In this document: in pieces, positions 50,379 to 59,195 of the stretch
How the letters are laid out: each line of letters opens with the position of its first letter
Position numbering within the stretch: position 1 is the first letter of the stretch
From: Escherichia phage vB_EcoM-101112UKE3-1
Sequence record: MZ234013.1
DNA length: 64,000 bases
Reading direction: 5' to 3' (one strand)
The notes under the pieces: model-generated
The model's input: the letters and a program-made list of their open reading frames with translations, nothing else
Databases searched by the model: none
Told to the model about the DNA's origin: nothing
Made by a program: the position numbers and the translations under genes

Positions 50379-50831
50379 ATGGCATATTCTGGAAAATGGG
50401 TTCCTAAAAATATATCAAAGTATAGAGGTGACCCTAAAAAAATTACGTATAGATCAAATTGGGAAAAATTCTTTTTTGAATGGTTAGATAAAAATCCAGA
50501 AATTATTGCATGGGGTAGTGAAACAGCAGTAATTCCTTATTTTTGTAATGCAGAAGGGAAAAAACGTAGATACTTCATGGATATTTGGATGAAAGATTCT
50601 TCTGGACAAGAATTTTTTATTGAAATAAAACCTAAAAAAGAAACACAACCACCAGTTAAACCAGCACATCTAACAACCGCAGCGAAGAAAAGATTTATGA
50701 ATGAAATTTATACATATTCTGTTAATACCGACAAATGGAAAGCAGCGCAAGCTTTAGCTGAAAAGCGTGGAATAAAATTTAGAATTCTGACAGAAGATGG
50801 ATTACGAGCTCTTGGCTTTAAGGGGGCATAA
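50379..50831 (+). CDS. 4: head completion protein gp4
   Basis: 150 aa as T4 gp4; AGGAG RBS; synteny. Confidence 0.8.
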   Translation: MAYSGKWVPKNISKYRGDPKKITYRSNWEKFFFEWLDKNPEIIAWGSETAVIPYFCNAEGKKRRYFMDIWMKDSSGQEFFIEIKPKKETQPPVKPAHLTTAAKKRFMNEIYTYSVNTDKWKAAQALAEKRGIKFRILTEDGLRALGFKGA

Positions 50832-51658
50832 TGGCTATTTTTCAAATAATTAATGAAAGCACTCCCCAAGTTCCAAAGGTTAAGCAATCATTAAACGAAA
50901 AGAAATGGATTCAGATAGGTCTTGAATATAAAAAGGCCAAAGCAAAAGGAATGACAGGAAAGCAATTTGCTGAAGAAAGAGGAATCAAATACTCTACGTT
51001 TACTTCAGCAATGTCAAAATATGCTTCAGGAATTAAAACGGCTGAAAAGATTCAAAAGCTTGAATCAAAACCAATGAATAAACTCAATAAGCAAGAAAGA
51101 CAACTGCTTATGATAAATTCATTCAGACAAACATTGCGCGATAAAATTCGTAATGAAGGTGCAGCAATTAATAATAAAACCAGAAAGTGGTTTGCTGAAA
51201 CTATTAAGCAAGTAAAAGGACATAAGGTTGTTCGCCCGCAGCCGGGACGAATATATGCTTTTGCTTATGATGCTAAACACAAGGAAACTCTTCCTTACTG
51301 GGATAAATTTCCTTTGATAATTTATCTTGGTTTAGGTAAACATAATTTAATGTACGGATTAAACTTGCACTATATTCCACCTAAAGCTCGTCAGCAATTT
51401 CTAGAAGAGCTTTTAAAGCAATATTCAAATACACCTACTATTACTAATAAAACGAAATTAAAAATTGATTGGAGTCAAGTGAAAGGATTTAGGGGTGCAG
51501 ACCAAATGATTAAGGCATATATACCTGGTAATATTATGGGTAGCCTTGTTGAAATCGCCCCGAAAGACTGGGCGAACGTTGTGTTAATGCCACTCCAAAG
51601 CTTCTACTCCAAAGGAAAACGTTTCTCTGCAAACAAAGTTTGGAGCAATGTACGATGA
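50831..51658 (+). CDS. 2: DNA end protector protein gp2
   Basis: 275 aa (T4 274); synteny. Confidence 0.8.
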   Translation: MAIFQIINESTPQVPKVKQSLNEKKWIQIGLEYKKAKAKGMTGKQFAEERGIKYSTFTSAMSKYASGIKTAEKIQKLESKPMNKLNKQERQLLMINSFRQTLRDKIRNEGAAINNKTRKWFAETIKQVKGHKVVRPQPGRIYAFAYDAKHKETLPYWDKFPLIIYLGLGKHNLMYGLNLHYIPPKARQQFLEELLKQYSNTPTITNKTKLKIDWSQVKGFRGADQMIKAYIPGNIMGSLVEIAPKDWANVVLMPLQSFYSKGKRFSANKVWSNVR

Positions 51659-52314
51659 ATTATGAAAAAATTTATAATTTACTAATTGATAGGGCTCGCA
51701 ATAGAGCCCTTATTGGATATAAAGAAAGACATCATATTATTCCGAAATGTTTAGGCGGTAGTAATGATGCTTCTAACTTGGTTGATTTAACTCCAGAAGA
51801 GCATTATGTTGCACATCAGCTATTAGTAAAAATACACCCAAATTCTTTAAAATTATCTTATGCAGCCATAAAAATGACGGTTTCAACTAAATATGTTAGG
51901 AGAAATAATAAAGTTTATGGTTGGTTAAAAAGAAAACATGCAAATAATATTTCAAATACACAAACTGGACGAAAATATTATAATAATGGTAAAAGATGTA
52001 TAAAATTACATGATGGAGATATAATTCCTGAGGGATTTATTTTAGGAAGAGGATGGAGTCCGACACAAGGAACAACTCATTCTAGAAAAAATGACACATT
52101 TAAAAACAAAAAGCTTCAATCTGCTTTAGCTAATAAACGGTGGGAAAAAGAAAAGAAAATAATGTTAGATAACTTTGGAGTTAACACTATTGATGAAGCA
52201 AAGAAAATTGTTCTTGATTTTAAATCAACTTGTCATCCAAGATATTGGCGAAAGCCAACTTTAGAAAAATTTCCATTTATGACTTCTGCTCGTTTAAGAA
52301 GTCTAATAAATTAA
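51655..52314 (+). CDS. HNH homing endonuclease (mob-like), inserted between genes 2 and 3
   Basis: HNH core [32 protein letters not shown]; ATGA start/stop overlap with gene 2 (the track ORF begins at an upstream TTG); N-terminus [13 protein letters not shown] paralogous to ORF 32939-33751. Confidence 0.75.
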   Translation: MNYEKIYNLLIDRARNRALIGYKERHHIIPKCLGGSNDASNLVDLTPEEHYVAHQLLVKIHPNSLKLSYAAIKMTVSTKYVRRNNKVYGWLKRKHANNISNTQTGRKYYNNGKRCIKLHDGDIIPEGFILGRGWSPTQGTTHSRKNDTFKNKKLQSALANKRWEKEKKIMLDNFGVNTIDEAKKIVLDFKSTCHPRYWRKPTLEKFPFMTSARLRSLIN

Positions 52315-52420
52315 TTCTATTATCTTCCATTCTTTTCTGTTGTTTGTTCTAAATGGAATTGAATGGAAGGGACTTAGACCCATTATACCACCAACAGTTA
52401 TAAAGCATTATGAGGAATAT

Positions 52421-52951
52421 ATGTCGCAAGCACTGCAACAAATTTTTAACCAAGCAAATACAACTAACTTTGTAGTATCAATACCACATAGTAATACTAC
52501 ATCTGCTTTTACTTTAAATGCTCAGTCAGTTCCTATTCCAGGAATTAGAATACCTGTTACTGATACCGTGACTGGGCCGTTTGGACTGGGCCGAGCACAA
52601 CGTCCAGGTGCTACATTTGAGTACGATCCACTCATCGTGAGATTTATAGTTGATGAAGAACTTAAGTCATGGATAGGAATGTATGAATGGATGCTAGGAA
52701 CTAGCAACTATCTTACAGGTGAAAATACTGCCCAAAAAACAGGTCCTGAATACATTACGCTTTACATTTTAGATAATAGCAAAACTGAAATCGTGATGTC
52801 AATAAATTTTTATAAGCCTTGGGTTTCTGACCTATCTGAAGTAGAATTTAGCTACACAGAAGATTCAGACCCGGCTTTAGTATGTACAGCAACGATTCCT
52901 TATACGTATTTTCAAGTAGAAAAAGATGGAAAAATTATAGCGGAAGTTTAA
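52421..52951 (+). CDS. 3: tail completion / sheath stabiliser protein gp3
   Basis: Met 28 of the track ORF gives 176 aa as in T4 gp3; synteny. Confidence 0.75.
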   Translation: MSQALQQIFNQANTTNFVVSIPHSNTTSAFTLNAQSVPIPGIRIPVTDTVTGPFGLGRAQRPGATFEYDPLIVRFIVDEELKSWIGMYEWMLGTSNYLTGENTAQKTGPEYITLYILDNSKTEIVMSINFYKPWVSDLSEVEFSYTEDSDPALVCTATIPYTYFQVEKDGKIIAEV

Positions 52952-53000
52952 TGCTTCAGTTTCATGTGTTATAATCTTAACTAAATTTGAGGAGAAACAT

Positions 53001-53725
53001 ATGAAACTAATCTTTTTAAGCGGTGTAAAGCGTAGTGGAAAAGATACTACTGCTGATTTTATCATGAGCAATTATTCTGCAGTTAAATACCAACTTGCTG
53101 GTCCTATTAAGGATGCATTGGCTTATGCATGGGGAGTATTTGCTGCAAATACTGACTATCCTTGCTTAACTCGTAAAGAGTTTGAAGGAATTGACTATGA
53201 TCGTGAGACTAATTTAAATCTAACTAAATTAGAAGTAATCACGATTATGGAACAAGCATTTTGCTATCTTAATGGTAAAAGCCCAATTAAAGGTGTGTTT
53301 GTTTTTGATGACGAAGGACAAGAATCAGTTAATTCCGTAGCATTTAACAAGATTATTGACGTTATAAATAATATTGAAGATCAATGGTCAGTCCGTCGTC
53401 TGATGCAAGCCCTAGGTACGGATTTGATTGTTAATAACTTCGACCGCATGTACTGGGTAAAATTATTTGCTTTAGATTATCTTGATAAATTTAACTCAGG
53501 TTATGATTATTATATCGTTCCTGATACCCGTCAAGATCATGAAATGGATGCGGCTAGGGCGATGGGTGCTACAGTAATTCATGTAGTTCGTCCTGGTCAA
53601 AAATCCAATGATACACATATTACAGAAGCTGGATTGCCAATTCGTGATGGCGATTTAGTAATTACAAACGATGGTTCTCTTGAAGAACTTTTTTCTAAAA
53701 TTAAAAATACACTAAAGGTACTATA

Positions 53726-53726
<1 letters not shown>
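53001..53726 (+). CDS. 1: deoxynucleoside monophosphate kinase gp1
   Basis: 241 aa as T4 gp1; P-loop GVKRSGKDT; GAGGAG RBS. Confidence 0.85.
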
Positions 53727-54411
<685 letters not shown>

Positions 54412-54423
54412 TTTCACAAAGTT

Positions 54424-54453
54424 GTTTACATACTGATGAGGTAGTGATACTAT
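54424..54453 (+). promoter_or_regulatory. early-type promoter module (TTCACAAAgttGTTTAC -35, 18 bp spacer, TGaTACTAT) with palindrome GAGGTA...TACCTC
   Basis: Near-identical module repeated at 54755 and, in part, at 55053 and 58571. Confidence 0.5.
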
Positions 54454-54484
54454 TACCTCATCAAAATTAATTAGGAAAATAAAA

Positions 54485-54742
54485 ATGAAAACTTTCAAAG
54501 AGTTTGCTACAAAAACTACTATCACTGAATCTTCCCACGGTATGGAAGTAAAGCTTGGAATGGCTTTAGCTGAAGCTGAGCGTCTTTTCTCTCGTATTAA
54601 AGAACTTGCTGCTGCGGTCGATCCTTCATCTTTTAAAGGAGACCAAACTAAAGTTAAAGCACTTTTAGCATTATGCTCCGATGCAGGAGAAATTGCTAAA
54701 AATGGCTCTAAGATGAAGAAACGATTAGAAGATTTAAAATAA
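54485..54742 (+). CDS. small internal-protein-like protein with CTS-like N-terminus (MKTFKEF...ITE)
   Basis: 85 aa; N-terminus resembles the T4 internal protein capsid targeting sequence MKTYQEFIAE; own early promoter. Confidence 0.55.
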   Translation: MKTFKEFATKTTITESSHGMEVKLGMALAEAERLFSRIKELAAAVDPSSFKGDQTKVKALLALCSDAGEIAKNGSKMKKRLEDLK

Positions 54743-54754
54743 TTTCACAAAGTT

Positions 54755-54784
54755 GTTTACATAGGGTTTTAGTTGTGATACTAT
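54755..54784 (+). promoter_or_regulatory. early-type promoter module (second copy)
   Basis: aatttcacaaagttgtttacata identical to the copy at 54411; -10 TGtgATACTAT. Confidence 0.5.
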
Positions 54785-54818
54785 TACCCTATCAAAACAA
54801 AACCAAATGGAAATCAAA

Positions 54819-55052
54819 ATGAAAACTTACCAAGAATTTATTGCTGAAACTGCTGATGTAAAAGTTGAGTTTATTTACACTGGCAAGAAAGATAAAATGG
54901 GTGAAATGCCTCATGGAGTTCTTCGTGATGCATTAGATAATTTCGGTCAACTCGCCGCAGAAGATTACGGTGATAAAATTGTTGTTACTGGTCCTGCTGC
55001 AGTTATTGAAAAATGGGCAGCAGAAAATAAATCAATTTTTCGTAAAAAATAA
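54819..55052 (+). CDS. internal protein with canonical capsid targeting sequence MKTYQEFIAE
   Basis: Exact MKTYQEFIAE leader (gp21 cleavage motif I-A-E); 77 aa from this ATG (track ORF starts 12 nt upstream at 54807). Confidence 0.65.
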   Translation: MKTYQEFIAETADVKVEFIYTGKKDKMGEMPHGVLRDALDNFGQLAAEDYGDKIVVTGPAAVIEKWAAENKSIFRKK

Positions 55053-55082
55053 GTTTACTTTTAGATAGGGTAGTGATACTAT
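55053..55082 (+). promoter_or_regulatory. early-type promoter module with 9-bp perfect inverted repeat flanking the -10 (GATAGGGTAgtgatactatTACCCTATC)
   Basis: GTTTAC, 18 bp spacer, TACTAT; palindrome 55064-55091. Confidence 0.5.
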
Positions 55083-55110
55083 TACCCTATCTACTACTGA
55101 GGAGAATAAA

Positions 55111-55296
55111 ATGAAACGTTGTGAATTAATTCGAAATGTTGCTATTGCAATTTCTGCTTCCGCTTTCAGTTTTTCAATGTTTGTTGGATTTATATGCGGA
55201 TTATTGACTACGGCAGAAAATGTTTTTTCACTTGTAGTAGCATTTTTAATTGGTTTAATTGCTATTGTTATGGATAAAATTTCTAAAGGTGAATAA
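55111..55296 (+). CDS. small hydrophobic (membrane) protein, 61 aa
   Basis: GAGGAG RBS; two hydrophobic stretches. Confidence 0.5.
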   Translation: MKRCELIRNVAIAISASAFSFSMFVGFICGLLTTAENVFSLVVAFLIGLIAIVMDKISKGE

Positions 55297-55694
55297 TGAA
55301 CGTTGAATATTATGTATATGCGGATTACGAAAATAATCCGTCTAAAGATGAAGATAATCGTTTAGGTGTAGATGCTTTCGATTCCCCTGCGGCGGCATGG
55401 CAATGGGTTGAAAGAACCGATATTCCTTACCGTTATATTGAAGTGGTTGACCACGCAGGAAACAAGTATCCTAAGGAAGCATATGTTCCTTCCGGGAAGG
55501 TAAATTTCCTTTTGTTTGCAGGTGATAATTATTATCCACGTGGTGGGTATACCGATTTAATCGCTAAAGCATTCTCTGAAGATGAACTCCGTGACATTAT
55601 CAAAGAAAATGAAAACAAACCGATGGGTTCTAATCGCTTTGACTGGTGGCAAATCGTAAATGCCAATACTCATACTATTGTTGATGAAGGCTGA
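55296..55694 (+). CDS. hypothetical protein (132 aa)
   Basis: ATGA-type overlap with preceding ORF; no recognisable motif. Confidence 0.5.
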   Translation: MNVEYYVYADYENNPSKDEDNRLGVDAFDSPAAAWQWVERTDIPYRYIEVVDHAGNKYPKEAYVPSGKVNFLLFAGDNYYPRGGYTDLIAKAFSEDELRDIIKENENKPMGSNRFDWWQIVNANTHTIVDEG

Positions 55695-55696
55695 TA

Positions 55697-55984
55697 ATGA
55701 TTCTTTATGCTAAAGTATCATCCATTGAAAATGGATATAAATATGATCAAGAAGCAGCTAAAGCCTTGATTGATGATTATGGCATTTTAACCTGTTTTGA
55801 AGTTGAAAAGGTTTACATTGACCGTTCATCTTCTCAAGTTAAATTAGTGAAGGAAGACCGTAAATTTAACACAGTTAACTTTGATTTCTTTATTGAAACG
55901 GAAAAAGGTCCTCTTGAATATAATATTTTCAAGAATCCTTTGGGTCTTGAATGTATCGTAAATACGTATTATCATAAATGGTAA
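55697..55984 (+). CDS. hypothetical protein (95 aa)
   Basis: Tightly packed after previous ORF. Confidence 0.5.
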   Translation: MILYAKVSSIENGYKYDQEAAKALIDDYGILTCFEVEKVYIDRSSSQVKLVKEDRKFNTVNFDFFIETEKGPLEYNIFKNPLGLECIVNTYYHKW

Positions 55985-56054
55985 ATATGCTTTAAGAATT
56001 ATTTGTTATTATTAACTCATATCGCACTGATTAATACCCTCTATCATCAAGGGT

Positions 56055-56082
56055 TCTTGCTTAAGAGCCTTTGTTAATAATT
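56055..56082 (+). promoter_or_regulatory. possible T4 middle promoter (MotA box cTTGCTTAa + -10 TAATAAT) upstream of tRNA cluster
   Basis: TGCTTA about 12 bp upstream of a TAnnnT -10 element. Confidence 0.35.
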
Positions 56083-56154
56083 GGGAATTAGCCAAGTTGG
56101 TAAGGCACTGGATTTTGATTCCAGGATGCAAAGGTTCGAGTCCTTTATTCCCAG
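56082..56154 (+). tRNA. tRNA-Gln (anticodon TTG)
   Basis: Acceptor TGGGAAT/ATTCCCA, anticodon loop tTTTGAt, T-loop GGTTCGAGTCC. Confidence 0.85.
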
Positions 56155-56155
56155 C

Positions 56156-56242
56156 GCGAGAATGGCCAAATTGGTAAAGGCACAGCACTTAAAATGCTGC
56201 GGAATGATTTCCTTGTGGGTTCGAGTCCCACTTCTCGCACCA
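56156..56242 (+). tRNA. tRNA-Leu (anticodon TAA), class II with long variable arm
   Basis: Acceptor GCGAGAA/TTCTCGC, loop cTTAAAa, encoded CCA. Confidence 0.85.
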
Positions 56243-56247
56243 AATTT

Positions 56248-56321
<74 letters not shown>

Positions 56322-56331
56322 ATTTAATTTA

Positions 56332-56405
56332 CTCCGTGTAGCTCAGTTTGGTAGAGCGTCTGCTTTGGGAGCAGAATGTCGTAGGTTCAAATCCTGCCAC
56401 GGAGA
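56332..56405 (+). tRNA. tRNA-Pro (anticodon TGG)
   Basis: Acceptor CTCCGTG/CACGGAG, D-arm GCTCAGTTTGGTAGAGC, T-loop GGTTCAAATCC. Confidence 0.85.
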
Positions 56406-56407
56406 CT

Positions 56408-56494
56408 GGAGGCGTGGCAGAGTGGTTTAATGCACCGGTCTTGAAAACCGGCAGTCGCTCCGGCGACTCATAGGTTCAAATCCTATCGCCTCCG
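56408..56494 (+). tRNA. tRNA-Ser (anticodon TGA), class II
   Basis: Acceptor GGAGGCG/CGCCTCC, anticodon loop cTTGAAa, long variable arm. Confidence 0.85.
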
Positions 56495-56496
56495 TT

Positions 56497-56572
56497 GCTG
56501 ATTTAGCTCAGTAGGTAGAGCAACTCACTTGTAATGAGAAGGTCGGCGGTTCGATTCCGTCAATCAGCACCA
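56497..56572 (+). tRNA. tRNA-Thr (anticodon TGT)
   Basis: Acceptor GCTGATT/AATCAGC, loop cTTGTAa, T-loop GGTTCGATTCC, CCA. Confidence 0.85.
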
Positions 56573-56573
56573 A

Positions 56574-56650
56574 GGCCCTGTAGCTCAATGGTTAGCAGCA
56601 GTCCCCTCATAAGGGAAAGGTTACCAGTTCAAATCTGGTCTGGGTCACCA
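56574..56650 (+). tRNA. tRNA-Ile (anticodon CAT, presumably lysidine-modified to read AUA)
   Basis: Cloverleaf with anticodon loop cTCATAa, T-loop AGTTCAAATCT, CCA; T4 is known to encode an AUA-reading tRNA-Ile. Confidence 0.75.
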
Positions 56651-56659
56651 AATTAATTA

Positions 56660-56746
56660 GGGGAGTTATCCCGTAGAGGTAGCGGTGTGGACTGTAAATC
56701 CATTGTCATTGCGACTCGGGTGGTTCGACTCCATCACTCCCCACCA
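56660..56746 (+). tRNA. tRNA-like gene, anticodon GTA (Tyr-type), class II with long variable arm
   Basis: Acceptor GGGGAGT/ACTCCCC (7 bp), anticodon stem GTGGA/TCCAT with loop cTGTAAa, variable-arm hairpin GTC/GAC, T-arm GGTGG-TTCGACT-CCATC, encoded CCA; D-arm spacing atypical. Confidence 0.5.
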
Positions 56747-56792
56747 ATTTATGACTCGTCGTGAGACGCTCAGTTCTTTATTAAGGACTGAT

Positions 56793-57458
56793 ATGCATTT
56801 TTATCTTTATAAAATAACAAATAAAATTAATAATAAAATTTATATTGGTGTGCATTCTACCGAAAATTTAGATGATGGATATATGGGTTCTGGTAAATTA
56901 TTAAAAAGAGCCCAAGACAGGTATGGTATAGAAAATTTTTCTAAAGAAATATTAGAATATTTTGATGATAAAGAATCTATGCTTGAAGCCGAGAAAAATA
57001 TTGTTACAGAAGAGTTTTTAAATAGACCAGATGTGTATAATTTAAAACTTGGCGGTGAAGGCGGATGGGATCATATAAATATTCCTGAGATGCTAAATCA
57101 GAAGAAAGACGCTAGTTTAAAAGGAGCTAAATCGTTTAAGTCACGTTTTAAAAATGATATTTTACTTCAAGAAAAATATCGTCAAAATGGTTCAAATGTA
57201 TTTAAACGTTTATGGTCAACTCCTGAATACAAGGAAAAATTTTTAAATAATAGCAGATTTTTAAATAAGCATCATACTCTTGAAACTATTAATAAAATGA
57301 AAGAAATTCACGCTAAAAATAATCACCAGAAAGGTGAAAAGAATTCCCAATTTGGTATGATGTGGATTCATTCATTAGATGAAAAAGTTTCTAAACGTAT
57401 TAAGAAAACTGACCCAATTCCAGAAGGATGGTTTAAAGGTCGAAAAATGAAATTTTAA
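56793..57458 (+). CDS. segB: SegB GIY-YIG homing endonuclease
   Basis: GIY-YIG motif FYLYKITNKINNKIYIGVHST...GYMGSG; start at internal ATG with AAGGA RBS gives 221 aa as in T4 SegB; location inside tRNA cluster as in T4. Confidence 0.8.
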   Translation: MHFYLYKITNKINNKIYIGVHSTENLDDGYMGSGKLLKRAQDRYGIENFSKEILEYFDDKESMLEAEKNIVTEEFLNRPDVYNLKLGGEGGWDHINIPEMLNQKKDASLKGAKSFKSRFKNDILLQEKYRQNGSNVFKRLWSTPEYKEKFLNNSRFLNKHHTLETINKMKEIHAKNNHQKGEKNSQFGMMWIHSLDEKVSKRIKKTDPIPEGWFKGRKMKF

Positions 57459-57463
57459 ATTAC

Positions 57464-57538
57464 GTCCCGCTGGTGTAATGGATAGCATACGATCCTTCTA
57501 AGTTTGCGGTCCTGGTTCGATCCCAGGGCGGGATACCA
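57464..57538 (+). tRNA. tRNA-Arg (anticodon TCT)
   Basis: Acceptor GTCCCGC/GCGGGAT with CCA, T-arm CCTGG-TTCGATC-CCAGG, anticodon loop cTTCTAa. Confidence 0.7.
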
Positions 57539-57882
57539 AATGAGAAACCGGGTCGCTACCGGTAAGTCGTCGGACTGATGTTCCCTGTTTAAGGACTGGC
57601 ATTAATAAATCTTTATGTTTTGTTAATGCCCCCTTATATCACAGCAGAAACGGCGCACCGAATTATCGATTCGAGGAAATATCTTTGCCATAAGCCGAGT
57701 AGCGTTTTTGACGGAACGTTCGGATATGGTCGAGATATGGCCTTTTAAAAATATTGAGTAGCGTCAACTGCTTAATAACCGGGTTCGAATCCCGGCGTTT
57801 CGTACAAACACTTGCCTTAGCAGGTGGAACCCCGACAAGGTTGCCGCAAGGCTTAGCCCCGACCGAAAGGTTGGGGCTTTTT
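57539..57882 (+). ncRNA. candidate stable small RNA(s) (T4 rnaC/rnaD-like region) ending in a terminator
   Basis: About 340 nt without a plausible ORF, containing hairpins (ggcattaa...ttaatgcc) and a tRNA-like T-arm CCGGGTTCGAATCCCGG; exact RNA ends not determinable by eye. Confidence 0.45.
57855..57882 (+). terminator. rho-independent terminator (agccccgaccgaaaggttggggct + TTTT)
   Basis: 10-bp stem, GAAA loop, T-run. Confidence 0.7.
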
Positions 57883-57928
57883 AGTATAAATAAGTATATT
57901 AAAACCCCGAATTAAAACAGGAAATAAG

Positions 57929-58402
57929 ATGAAATCATATACTCAATTTTTAAATGAAGCGGTGTTAAATGAAGCATCTAGCACTGAAATTCAAGCTGTT
58001 GCAAAAGCTGCCATTGCCGCGGGTAAATATTCCTATAAAGATGCTTCCGATGAATCACGATTCCAATTTGCTCGTGATATGAAAGCCGAAGGATTTACAG
58101 GGAATGCAGTTAGTATGGCTTGGAAAAGTTTAGTTGCTACTGGAGCTGCTTTTGCAAAGGCTTCAGGTAAACCTGCTCCTAAAGCAGATCCTAAAGTCAC
58201 ACAAGAGAAAAATATTGTTAAAGGAATTATCTCCAAATATGAAGCTATCCTTAAAGAGCTTTTAGTAATCAAAACTGAAGGCCAAAAGCTAGCTCGTGCT
58301 TATAGTTTCAAAGATAACCCACATGTTCACTCTCTTGAGTATGTTGAAGACATCCAAAAAATTATTAAAGACCGCATTTGGTCTGCTAAACAAATCAAAT
58401 AA
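57929..58402 (+). CDS. hypothetical protein with CTS-like N-terminus (MKSYTQFLNEA), possible internal protein
   Basis: 157 aa; N-terminus fits MK[TS]Y..F[IL].E pattern of T4 internal proteins; Ala/Lys-rich. Confidence 0.55.
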   Translation: MKSYTQFLNEAVLNEASSTEIQAVAKAAIAAGKYSYKDASDESRFQFARDMKAEGFTGNAVSMAWKSLVATGAAFAKASGKPAPKADPKVTQEKNIVKGIISKYEAILKELLVIKTEGQKLARAYSFKDNPHVHSLEYVEDIQKIIKDRIWSAKQIK

Positions 58403-58409
58403 CATTCTT

Positions 58410-58437
58410 AGCCCCGACCAAAAGGTTGGGGCTTTTT
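58410..58437 (+). terminator. rho-independent terminator (agccccgaccaaaaggttggggct + TTTTT), near-identical to the one at 57855
   Basis: Same stem sequence as the 57855 terminator with a 1-nt loop difference. Confidence 0.7.
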
Positions 58438-58570
58438 GGTATCTAGGCCTTTCCGGGCCTCTCTAGACATCATTTAGTTTCTACCCTTTATAATATATTA
58501 TCCTATCTTTTAATTGCCCCTCCCTGCCCTAGAATTCCCTAAAACTTTTTAAAAATTTTTTCACAAAACT

Positions 58571-58600
58571 GTTTACATCCCTGTTCTTCCATGGTACTAT
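58571..58600 (+). promoter_or_regulatory. early-type promoter (TTCACAAAactGTTTAC, 18 bp spacer, TGgTACTAT)
   Basis: Shares the TTCACAAA...GTTTACAT upstream box with the promoters at 54424 and 54755. Confidence 0.5.
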
Positions 58601-58630
58601 ACAACTATCAACTACTGATACAAAAACAAC

Positions 58631-58906
58631 TTGGAGAATGAAATGGATAATTACGGCGAACTGTTCAACTTCTTTATGAAATGTGTTTCAGAAGATTTCG
58701 GTCGTACAGTGAATGATATTAAAGTTATCGGTCCTGACCATCCGATGTTTGAAACCTATGCAGTAATGGGTAATGAAGATGGTCAGTGGTATACTGTAAA
58801 GGTTGTGATTAACATGTTCACTGCTGAAGGTTATGTTAAACTGTCTTCTAAAGTTTACCATGATAACGATGAAATCGCAGAAGAATATTTCAATAATATG
58901 AAATAA
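58631..58906 (+). CDS. hypothetical protein (91 aa)
   Basis: GGAGAA RBS; preceded by early-type promoter. Confidence 0.5.
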   Translation: MENEMDNYGELFNFFMKCVSEDFGRTVNDIKVIGPDHPMFETYAVMGNEDGQWYTVKVVINMFTAEGYVKLSSKVYHDNDEIAEEYFNNMK

Positions 58907-58975
58907 TTGTGTACAAACGCCAAGGACGGTGTTATTATAGACTTATCAAAACAAATACAGAAAACGGAGAAATAA

Positions 58976-59152
58976 ATGACTACTTTAATTATTTGGTTCG
59001 ACGAAAATGAAGAAACATACTGCGTGAACATTGGCGAAAGCCCAATGCCAGAATTTGAATCTTCGGATAAAAACTCGGTTGTATCTTGGGCTGAAGGTTA
59101 TAAAGCAGCAAAAGGCGATGTTGAAATAGTTTACAAACTATCCGGAGTATAA
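58976..59152 (+). CDS. small hypothetical protein (58 aa; not in the supplied ORF track)
   Basis: ATG with GGAGAA RBS (aaaacggagaaataaATG); frame traced by hand. Confidence 0.4.
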   Translation: MTTLIIWFDENEETYCVNIGESPMPEFESSDKNSVVSWAEGYKAAKGDVEIVYKLSGV

Positions 59153-59195
59153 TACTCTCATGGATTTTAAATCTCAATTAACCTAAGGAAATACT

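Noticed and set aside
56685-56792. N-terminal 36-codon extension of the segB ORF
   Set aside because: Overlaps the tRNA-like element; the internal ATG at 56793 has an AAGGA RBS and gives the 221-aa length I recall for T4 SegB.
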